A DNA stretch of 64,000 nt from Nitrospirales bacterium (GTDB lineage: Bacteria > Nitrospirota > Nitrospiria > Nitrospirales > UBA8639). The DNA lies in assembly GCA_965203295.1 (NCBI GenBank), contig CBDBCZ010000013.1, positions 896,001-960,000 of the forward strand, in the 5' to 3' direction. The position numbers and the translations under genes are program-made. Positions 49,743 to 61,700 of the stretch are shown in pieces. The notes under the pieces were generated by a model that saw nothing but the letters and a program-made list of their open reading frames with translations, did not search any database and had not been told where the DNA came from. Positions within the stretch are counted from its first letter, which is position 1; each line of letters starts with the position of its first letter.

Positions 49743-52700
49743 ATGGCCGAAAGATATCAGCTGTCGGAAGAACTGCTTGAGGCTTGCGAGAGAGGCGAGT
49801 TAGGAACTGTGCAGAATCTGATTTCTAGAGGAGCCGACCCTTCATATACATGTAGGAGGTGGTGGAGTGTGACGACTGCACTACATGCGGCTGCCAGGTA
49901 CGTGTGTGCTCCGCTAATGCATGCACTCCAGTTAGTTAAACCTGTACTCTATTCAGGCATCCGATAATACCCATGGTTCATGTACAGGCATGGTTTGGAT
50001 GGCTACTAAAGATAAGTACTGTACATGTATTTAGTAGCCCATACATATGTTTCCTTTTACCAGTCTAAAATATAACGTCGCGTTTGTGTAATAATTTATT
50101 TAAAGACCAAGTGTATTTTGTATGGGGTTTATGCAGGTGGTGCCATCAGGGCGAAATATCCCCAAAAATGGACTATTGTGTCTATGTTCCTATCTTGGGG
50201 AGGAAAGGGAACCTACTTACAATTTGCATACCGTAAACTCTGATAAATAACCGGGGGCGGTTATAATTAGATTTAGCAGCCTCAATGGGCTGTTACTTTT
50301 ACATGGCCGGGTATAATCACAGATCGGTTATTTTTGCAAAACAACCATTAATAGCGTGGCAGATTTACAGAAATATCCCCTACGTTGAGATCAGCCCGGT
50401 AGATGTGGTGTCCCTTGAGGCAGGAAGCCTTCAGGCAGGCAAGTTGAATAACCTTCATAGGTACCGTAGCCTAGTCTCGCTCTCAGAGCCATCCACTAAC
50501 CGTAGCTAGGGTTTTCTCGCTACACAAATTTTGACTAACGCCGACTTCTTGGTTTTCACAGTCTAATTCTCGTCGCTATTTGTGTTTCACACGTGCAAAC
50601 GCTATTAATTTTACAGATTCAATTTCCTGCTTGGGCTGCATGTGAAAATTATGGGCGGTTATGTTTACATAGACGGTTTTACACACGAGTGAACTGTTAT
50701 TACAGTAAATGATCGGTTATACTTGAGGGGCGGTTACCTTTAAGGGGGCGGTTATTTATCAGAGTTTACGGTATTGTAATCTACGTATTATCCACTTATC
50801 TGCCCATGGATGGGCCACTATAGTGCAAGCTGAAAGAGGGGGGTGGGCAGATAATACGTACATGTATAAATGCAATCTAGTATCTGCCCACTCAAACACG
50901 TTCCCAACGTGCGGTATGCAAAGCAAGTACATGTATATAAAGTAATTATAGCTTTTCTAGGCAAATACCGCACTGTAGTGAATCCAAATTGTGTTGAACT
51001 AGCTCTCATAGAAGCATGCAGAAAACTATTATCAGCTAAAAAGTGAAGTGGTTAACATGCTAACCATCAGTATTCCAATTAAAGCACCCTGAAGATCACA
51101 TTTTGTCACTTGATTCTGCTCGTTGTCTTACATAATGAGCTCACATGGATAATATTTAAGGGTGGGCGGATACCGAACCAGCATTGCAGTACCGAACCGG
51201 GCCGGCAAGCGGTTAAAACCACTCAGCGTTTATCTTCTTAGTGCTACTCACGTGACCTTCGACGAATCAGAAGTCTCAAAAACGATCACATGACCGCGAA
51301 TTAAATCGCTTAATGCGTGCATTATCTAGGTAACGCACACTTTCTAAATAACGCCCAACAGATCTGTGGCTGTCTCAGGTCAGTGATGAGCACTAAATAC
51401 TTTAGACACCAGTTGGCAGTGATTACGGGTTTGAATTAGTGCGCTCGGACAATTAAGTAACGATCTCGGGCGGATAATGCACTCACCTTCGGCTCGTGCA
51501 TTATCCGCCCTCGACCGTTACTTAATTGTCCTCGCGCACTAATTAAATCCCGTAATCACTGTAAACTGGTATATAAATATTACTTAGTGATACTTCTGCT
51601 TCTTCAGCCATGATGATAAAAGCACGGTATTGCACTTGCAGCATAGCGTTTCAAAGGAATTAAACTGGTTGGGCAGTGATTCACTGGCACTCTCGAGCGG
51701 CCACTGTCACATTTCCATGCCATTTTGTTATGGAGATTTGCTAGTGTTGTTTTAGTACAGTCATTGAGCATGGTTATTGGTTATTGTGGCAATTATATAT
51801 CACAATATTAGAAATTTATAGTATTAGTTTTTAATTAAAGATTGGTTTATGGGCTATTATAGTTTTGATTATAATTTGCCACCCTCAGAAATGTTTTGGT
51901 TATAGTTACAAGTAATGTTTTTCTTACAGTATTTAGTAACCATTACAGATTGGATTCTGACTGTATTATAAAGTTCCAACCAAACAGTAGTACAAAGTAG
52001 TACAAACAGATTATACAATTAACACCATGGACAAAACAAACAGTAGTACAGAGTACCACAAACTACTTGTAGTCTAGTACTAGTGCAAACAAGTTACGCA
52101 ACACCATGTCAACAGCATTACAGAGTTCAATACACTCCCAAGTGTAAAGAATTTTGGGAAATGTAATTAAATAAATAAATAAATAATTCACAGCGACACT
52201 CGTGGCCTCTGCAGATAAACCAACCTTCTTTTAGTGATATATGGATTATTTCTAGGAAAAATACCTCTGGCAAAGTTCTGCAGTCTCTTCATTGCTGAGA
52301 TATCGGTGAGAATTCTTCTATCGCTTTTCGAGTGGCAGCCATTTTAACGTTAACTCTCGCAATGAAAATTATGCGAGTAAGAGCGTGCGCGCGTGGTAAT
52401 TGGCAAATAAACATGCAGTGGAACTAGTTGCATGGTTACTACTGCTTAGCCCTTGGATAGTCCTAAACTGGAGTTCAATGGTATGTAGTCCTGTAAGTGT
52501 AATTACATGAAAACAATCCAGCCTACAACTAACTGCTAGACAAAGCCTAGCCCTGACGATGTGCATTAAATAGGGTCAGGGCTCTCAGTGCCGTTTCAAC
52601 GGTGCCCCTTGTGGCTAGCTTGGGTGTTTCTGTGCACAGATAGCTATAGGCTACAGTAACAGTGCCATAGTATTGCTCACCACTACAGAGCAATACATGT

Positions 52701-55700
52701 TGGGCACAACCAGTCTATACCAGCAAAGGCCATTGCATACTTTGTCACAAGTCATGCTATCTCTTGCTTGTGGTTTGTGGGGAGATGGCTCCTGCTTTGC
52801 AGAGCAGCTAACTATTGTCTCAGCTGCATGCTGTTGGTCTAGCTTTAGTGCAGCTACCCTGTATCCATGTGAGGCATGGTCTATCACCCATCCCGTTGTT
52901 GCACTGGCATCCATCTCACGAGAAGGCCACCATCATTCTTGGTCCCATGATTTAATGTGAAATATAAAAAAATAGCAGTGAATATCATTCCTCTTTATAT
53001 CCAGTGTATTCCTTCTGGTTAACACCGCCAATGTACTGCCCCCTACACTTAAAAAGAATCGCACTCTCTTGCCGCATATAGCATACTTCTCTGTCTTAGT
53101 GCACCCATCGGAATAGGTGCTTTCAATTGCTGAGATAGCTGTATACGGATGGTAGAGCAGGGAAATCAGCTTTCCTGCTTCCGGTATAGCAGCCATGTCT
53201 CATGCACCAGAGAATATACATTCTCGAGTCTTCCTCATGCATGTACAGGGAAACTTGCAGGGAAACTTGGGAACATGGCTAACATAAAATGGTAATAGCT
53301 ATATACATGTAGTACGTAGTTGCAGCTACATAGCCATGCAGAACCTAGAGAAAAAGATTTGGGTAGCACAAGTGTAATATGTATGTGGTTTGCATTCCCC
53401 TAAGAATTTAGTAATATACACTTGTTTCTCCGTTCACCCATATCAATGATCACTTGCATCTCTGTTCACCCGAAGTCTTTACACTTGGGAGTGTGGTTAG
53501 TTCTCAAACCAAGTCAAAGATATTGTTTATTCTTTCGAAGTAGTATTTCCCGCTTAAGATTCTTGTCTGACAAACGGTTTCGTTTACCCGTTGTCGCTTC
53601 TCCAGCAGTGAAAAAAGTGCGTTCAATGTTGTTGATGTTGATGACGTGGGAATGATCAAAGTGTCAAAGGCAAGTGCAGAGAGGAGTGGGTAGACCTGTT
53701 CATTCTCGATCCAGAAGAAAACAGGATCTACCTTTTCACCTAATGTAGTGGTAGTACTGAAGTAGCGATTTATTTCTTCCTCCTTAGGTGGAAAGCCTGG
53801 ATGCTTGCTAATTTTTTGCTTAATTCGTTCCTCAATCAAGCCTGAAAGAAGACGGAATCGTTTTTTAGGTGGTTCTCCTTCCGTGAGATTCTCCTCCATA
53901 GAAACTGATGCTGCCGGAGATCCAGTTGAGCTGGAACTCGGACTCTGAGTCGGTGATTGCTGTCTCATTTCCTTGAGTTGACTTACAAGTGCAGCTCTAG
54001 CAAAAGCTATCTGTTCGGCATCCAGCACTACTTGGTACCGTGGATCAAGGGCAGTTGCTACAAGGGAAGTGGGTTCATAACCATCAGCTTTGGGATTAAG
54101 GATCCTGTCGAACCGCCTCTTCATTTCAGTTTCCAGGGAGTTTCCAGGAGGGTCACTGCTCCTACCAGTCCTCACTGACTCTTCATTTCGTGCAGATGCA
54201 ATTCTATTTCCATGATAGCAGGAACAACAACAGACAAAGTGGTATACTCCTCTCCACCCAGTAGTGTGGTGTACCGAGCAAATGGCTGGAGCAGATCACG
54301 CATGCTTTCCAACAGCTTCCACTCACTTGTGGCCAAATTGTCCCACTCCAGCTCTTCTAACACCTGTGTCAATGCCACCCGTACTTCAAGCATTCGTGTG
54401 ATGAGTAGGTACGTGGAGCTCCATCGGGTTGGACAATCACCGACAAGCTTTTTCCCACACAAAGTGTTCAATTTCTCTGTGGCTTTAGTTGACTTGTTCA
54501 CTTTTTTACCACTTTATGTGCTGCCTTCAGCACTTTCCTGAAACTCTTTACTTCGTCAAATCGACGGACTACAAGTTGCAGAGTATGCGAGAAACAACTC
54601 AATCGTTTGAATATTGGCCTGAATTCAACCTCATGATCAAATTCCCTGCTCTCAAAATCTTCTATTTCAGCTTCAGTAGGGGCTTCATATTCTTCATCGT
54701 CAATGTCTCCTCCATTGGCATTCTCACTGTCTTCAGATTCAGTTTCCTCAGATGCCTCAAAGTGCTGTCGAAACAAAGCGACCATATTGCTGCCATTATC
54801 GGTAAGTACGGCAGACACCTTGCCCAACGGAACCTCCCATTCACCCAACACCTCCTGAATGACTGCACGAATGTTCTCAGTGGTGTGAGGAGATGGCATT
54901 CTTCTGACTGCTAAAGTGACACGATGGCGAAGGTGCTCTTTCGGTGGAAAGAAATGAGCCGTGACTCCCAGATAGGAAGATGACATGCCTTTCTTCGTCC
55001 ATATATCAACACAGATGCTGACTTTGCGTGCATCTTCCAATGAAGTGGCGATTTTGGCCTTCATGTCAATTAGGAGCCTATCAATTTCTTTAGATATGGC
55101 TGTTCGGCCAGGAACAGAGTAGCATGGGTCAGCTGTAGTAAGAAGATCGCAGAATTCCGGGCTTCGCACGATACTATTTGGGACATTTGTGCTTCCCACA
55201 AAGATCGCTAACTTTCTAGTGATCTCTTTATACCGTGGACTCTCTGTAGCATTTTTTTTTTGACGTAGTGTTTGCTCCAACGTCAGTTGCTGCCTACCAT
55301 GTTTACTTGAGCTCTTGAAAGAGCCCGGAATGTTTGGAGATACGGATAGCTTCTTCTTCTTCTTCTTCTCCCTTTCCTCTTCTTTCGCTAGAAATTCCGT
55401 GTAAAGTCTTGGATGCTCTTTCTTTAAGTGCTGCTTGAGATTTGTTGGGTACTTACCGGCCAGGGAATGGGCACACTTCTCTTCAACTGCATCACTGCCA
55501 GTCTCCTTTTTAACATCAACCTGGCAAGTACTCTTACCGGTAGATTGATCGAACACAAGGTAGTCCCACACGGGGCTCTGCTTTGGGCGACCACTGCTTC
55601 GCGCCGATGACGTCGACAACGACGGAGATAAAGGGGGACTTGAAGATAGTCTCAACGGCGATGGTCCTGAGGCCATGTCTTGCTCAAAGGACTAGCAAAC

Positions 55701-58700
55701 GTAAGCAGCAAACACGATTGAAGCAGATAACTAAACACATTCTGCATCCATTTTTCTTAGGCAACAACGTGTACAGGTGTGCAGGGCATGCGCATGCGTA
55801 GTTCAATCACGTGGCTTCAGTGGTCTATCAGTACGGTTCAAAGTCCAGAATGCGCAGTGGTGGGCTGTCCTGTCAAAGTTCAAAGGCTGCCATAGAAGTA
55901 CAGTGATATCTAATTTAGTAATAGTTTAATTAATTGCTTTATGACAATTTTATTTAGTTTATAGTTTTAATTACTAAACTAGTGATATGCAGGGCATAGT
56001 GGGGTGAGCCTTCGCGAAGCATGTGATGACTGAGTATGTACAAATTCTTCAGAGTCTGTGCAGTGATAGACTGAGTGAGTAACTTGAGGAATGAAAAATT
56101 TGGAGAATGCTCTGAAGTGCATTCCTGTCAGTGTGTTCTATGGTCACTGCTCAGTGATGAGGTCCGTTTTCTCGTAGTAGAGCAGGAGCATCAGTGTAGT
56201 GCCAGCAAGTACTAGGCCTATAGAACACTATTAATCACGATGGCTTTTTTCACAAGCATGGAAGTCAAAAACAGGCTCTTTCCTTTATGATATCAAGCTC
56301 ACTGGGCAGTCATGGCAAGCTAGCGACAAAAGAAGTAATATCCTGGGGCAGATTGATGACAGGTCATATTGCCCATGTCTAATAGCTACTGATATTTAAT
56401 TAGCTAGCTAACAATGCCGGTCTTCTAACAAACCTTACATTCTGTTGGTTTGCAAAACACAGCGGTTCCTCTCCCGTTCACGCTGTCACTGAAGCCTCGT
56501 ATACGCACGTGCACATGGTTAAAGAAGTTTATACCAAGGGCGCAAATATAGAACATTGTGCATAGTTCCGGCACGACGTACGTACCATATCCATAATGAT
56601 GATAACTAGGTGAATGCAGCGCATTGTGGGGTGAGCGTGAGCGAGTACATACGTAGGTACTATTGCACAAAGATGGTAGCATGCAGAACTCTTTGAGCGC
56701 CTTGGGCACATTTATGTATAAAATAGAAAATACATGTACTATATATTAACGCCTAATATAAAAAGGCCAATATAAATTCACATAAGCCTTATGGTTGTAT
56801 AAAAACTTGGCAGGGAAAGAGTCGAGTCTATATGGATGTATCTTCGCAGTACACAACACGTGAATGTGGTTGGGGTTGCAGTTTTACGCACGTGACTGTT
56901 TTTCGCTATTCGCGAATTAATGTTTAGATTCGGCAGGACGTACGGAACAGACAGACAGACAGAGAAAATCGCGTTGACATGACAAGTGTGGGGCTCGCTC
57001 ACGCTCGCCCCAATAATACGGACAAAAATGCAGAGTCAACTCGCTAGTGTGGGGCTCGCTCAGGCTTGCCCCAATTATGGATGCATTCACTAAAATGCAA
57101 TTTAGTAGTAGTTATAGTTAACCAAAACAACACTAAGATTTACGTAACTGGAAGTTCAACCACGAGGTGTTGCGGTTATTAAGCATGCAAACTGACCTTC
57201 CAGCCTTAACGGAACTGCAAGGAGGACGCTGATTGTTGCTCTATGTTGCACTTGTTGCTGTTCTTGGAATTGCAAGATACTGTGCAGTATGCCTAATATT
57301 TGCGCAACAAAAGGGCCCAGAATAGGCGTTGCTACATCCAATACCAGAAAGAGCCAAAGGAAGCCTCTCGTGCTAGCTATAGTCCAGAAAATAAAATGGC
57401 AGCCTTCATACCAGTTCTAACGCTGACTCTGATAAGAGAAGGGCAGCCTCCCATGCTAGTTATGGTGCTGACCCTGATAACAAAAAGGCAGCCTTCAGGT
57501 TGGTTGGGTTTCAGCCCGACCACTTTTCTAGCATCTACTATGCCTTTATGATTATCACGTCGATATCCAAATCTGCAGCGGTACCTGTGTGCATGCACTT
57601 TGCAATCCTGGACATGCCAGAGGGTGTGGACTCTCCATACCCTCTGATATTTGGGAGTTCCCCTGCTCTTCGTGTAATGAAGGTGGCAGCCGTACTCAAT
57701 AAAGCACCAGAACAGTTCAAGTGATTTATTGCAAAGCCATGCATTTGCAAGTTCTATGAGCACAGAGTACACTGTAGCGATATTGTGGGTTATCTAGTTT
57801 ACATCAGAACAACATGAAATCCCAAATTTTCATTCGTTGTGCTTTATCACGTCGTGTAATGAAGGTGGCAGCCGTACTCAATAAAGCACCAGAACAGTTT
57901 AAGTAAATTTAGTACACTGTAGCGATATTGTGGGTTACCGTAGGCGCTCTAAATCTGCGTCACTCTAATCTTGCGTCGAAATATGACAAACGGTAACCGT
58001 ATTTTCTAATTTTGCGTTACTAGCAGGAAATTTTTTGGTTGGGCCCGTCCTAATGTTGCGTCATCGCTTCTGTCCTACCGTAAAGTGGTGTCAGGCTTAG
58101 ACTCTGCGCCAGTATAAAAGGATGGCTTTCGAGGTCACAAACAGAAAGGTGGCGAAAAGTGACGATGGCTAGTCGACGTCCGCTTCTTTCTCTTGCTCAC
58201 TCTGCTCATGCTCACTGTCACTATCGATCGTTACCGGCTGTTGAACTTTTCGCGGCCTCCCCAGACCACGTTTCGCCTTCCAGCGGATTGGTAGCGGCCC
58301 ATCCACGCGTCCAAAGAAGCTAGTGATCTTCGCAGCCATAGCAGATTAACGGTAAATCTACACGAGGTGTGATTCTGGTAAGCGCTTCAGCTAGCGTGTG
58401 CTTAGCGCTTACTGGTGCGGTATACCGTTCAGGCCATATTTTCTATTTATGCGTCAAAATGAATAAAATATTCCATGCCAATTTTCTAATTTTGCGTCAT
58501 TCAGAGAAATAATTATTTTTGAGGGTGACGCAAATTTAGAGCGCCTACGGTATCTAATTTACATCAGAAACAACATGAAATCACAAATTTTTCTCAAGGG
58601 CGTGTTTCCTGCCTCCCCCATTTCTCGCACTTCTGCTACCTAATACTAATATTTGTACAAATGTCCGTACTTATGATGCTGACGCTTGTTTGTGTGTTGT

Positions 58701-61700
58701 GATCGGTTCCTGACATGCATACGTTGTGGAAACAACATGTACAAATTCACACTGTCGACTAATGAATAATTATATCATGTACCCCTCCACTGACCTCTAC
58801 AGGAGGGGTCATCTCAGTATAGTCAAGTGTCTCATCAATGATGGACAATGCGATGTAAACATTGTGGACAGGTCTGGAGACACTCCTCTACATTGGGCTT
58901 GCAGGTGAGTTGCAAGCAACTTAATTTTTACCAGCTAGAGCACGCGCAGCGCGCGAACAGCTGGTACTAAGATTGCTTTACGTTTTCTGCATTTGTCTGT
59001 CTGTTTGTCTGTGCGTCCGCACTTATCACGTGCGCAATATATTACGTCATACGTTACTATGCAACGGCAGTGTATAGCAGCTTTTGGAAGTTTGCAGGCC
59101 AAGCTACAGCAAATGAAGGTAGTTTGTGTTGCCTAGACGGCGAAAACGTGGTAGGTATTCGTAAAGATCCCGGCATATAGCTACTAACTGGAGGCGCATG
59201 ACGATACTGCTGAGTCAGCACTTTCGCTGTAAGCTTACCACTCTAAGAATATAGCTCTACAGCTGTAGCTTAGCCTAAGCTGAGTTGTGTGTATTGTACG
59301 GGAAGGGCGTCCGGCTGGTTTTTTAGACATGAAATGTCAGACTTGTTCCATCTAAGTGTACATTAGTGATAGCATCCGTAAGAAGATGAGGTTATATACA
59401 GCAGGGTCATGGTCATTAATTGGGTTTCAGCCTGAAAATTTTCAGTTGGTTTTTTAATGATTTGCATGCATGCATTTTGGTGCGAGGAGAATACTTGAGA
59501 GAGATCACTTCGTGGTTTATCATGCACACGACGTGTGATGAAGGTGGCAGCCTTGCCCGATAAAGCACCTTGCTCACCAGGTCAAAACAATGTGAGTCAA
59601 TTGTTATGGAGCCACAACTTTCTGAGTAGTGTGAGTGCTGATAGTACTATGGTTATATACCGTATAGTCGGAAAATTTCGCGAGAGCACACTATGGTTAT
59701 GTAGTGGATGGTGCAATTCTTACGTAAAATCACATCAGAAATAATTAGAGAAGGCGCAAAATCCCAAATTTTCCTCAGGGCGAGCTCCTAGACTCCCCTA
59801 TTGTCGTGATTTACATGACAGTACATGCAGTAGTAGTACTGCCTAGTACTAGTGTTTGTACATAGCATATGAGCCCATATTGTGCCAAGGCTTGCTCTGT
59901 AGAAACAATATGTACAACTCTCTACTGATGAATAATTGCATCATGTACCCCTCCACTGACCTCTGCAGGGAGGGTCATCTCAGTATTGTCCAGTGTCTCA
60001 TCCGTGAACGACATAGCGATGTAAACATGGTGAACCACTCTAGAAACACTCCTCTACATTGGGCTTGCAGGTGAGCTTCAAGCAATGAAAGTTTAAAGCT
60101 AAATGTACTTCATTGACATCACCAGTGAAAAGATATAGCAACTAGGGCCATAGTTTCAGTCCGACCACTTTGAATTGGTTTTTTAAATTAATAATTAGCC
60201 CTGTAGACATGTACATTAACGTAGACGTGTACCCACATTATTGAGAAAGGGATTCTCCAGGGAAATCCTAAGTGTGGTTAGTGACGTTAAAGCGGACTAA
60301 TACTTTCATTATAGCACTATTTTCAGGGCCTTCCCCATGCAAATAAAGAGATAATCTGCAATGAATAACATCTACCTAGTCCTATTGTTTGTACATATTC
60401 CCATAGCATGAGCCCGTATGGTGCCGAGGCTTACTTTGTAGAAACAACTACAAACTGTTCACTGATGTTCAATGACCCCTCCACTGACCTCTGCAGGAAC
60501 GGTGAACTCACTATTGTCCAGTGTCTCATCCGTGAACGACATTGCGATGTAAACATTGTGAACTGGTCTGGAAAGACTCCTCTACATTGGGCTTGCGGGT
60601 GAGCTGCAAAAAAAAATTCAGCTAAGTGTAATTCAGTGACATCACCATTGAGAAGATGAGGGTATAGCAGGGCCGTGGTCATCAATTTGGTTTCAGCCTC
60701 ACCACTTTGAGATGTTTTTATAATAATCGGTAAGCGTGGATTTGGTACGAGGAGAATACTTGGGAGAGGTCACGTTTTGGTATATTATCATCACTTGTGA
60801 TGAAAGTGGCAGCCTTGCCCGATAAAGCACGTTGCTCACCAGGTCAAAACAACGTGAATCGATTATTGTGGAGCCACAACCTTCTGAGCTCTGCGAGTGT
60901 TGAGCGCACTATGGCTATGTAGTAGTTTGTGAAATTCTTGCATCATAAATGATTAGAGAAGGCCTGAAATCCAAAATTGTCCTGATGGCAAGCTCCCAGA
61001 CCTATTGTCGTCTTTAATACAACACATACATGTACATATTCCCATATTGTGCAGAGGCTTGCTTGGTAGAAACAGTATGTACAACTACACACTGTTGAGT
61101 GATGAAGAATTGTATACCTCTGCAGGGCTGGTCATCTCAATATTGTCAAATATCTCATCAATGAAGGACATTGCGATGTAAACATAGAGGACATTTCTGG
61201 AAACACTCCTCTACATCAGGCTTGCAGGTGAGCTGCAAGCATCTTGAGCTAAATGTATTTTAGTGACATTACCATGGAGAAGATAAGGGTATAGCACCTA
61301 TGACCGTGGTCATCAATTGCTTCAACCCAACCACTTTTGTCAATGAGTTAGTTTTTACAATTGATATTATATAAGTTATCCCTTTAACCCTTGGAGTGCG
61401 GTACTTAATTATTCATAACTTCCATGTCATGCGGAAGCCAAATTAATTTTTGTCTTCATTGCATGTGCTCGCCGTTTTGTAGAGTTGTAGGCTATTCATC
61501 GTGCTGAACGGCAACACTGGAGACCAGGAAGTGTAAAACTGTCGTTTAGGGTGTAGCTGGTGTGCTAAAGTCCCTACTAATGCAGAAGAGCGAATACAAA
61601 CGGCAGGCGCCATTTTCATGTGTCTGTCCCCTCAACTACCGTGGTGAATCACTTCTGTTACTTCGTGCCAGTTCTGTTACTAAGTGCTGGATCTGTACAT

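Noticed and set aside
51157..51205. TAAGGGTGGGCGGATACCGAACC as the hAT terminal inverted repeat
   Set aside because: No matching end found upstream of the transposase, and the sequence is also part of the repeat shared with 5021-5290.
54490..54515. Possible programmed frameshift in the transposase A-run
   Set aside because: A nonsense codon and two further frameshifts indicate ordinary decay or a homopolymer error.
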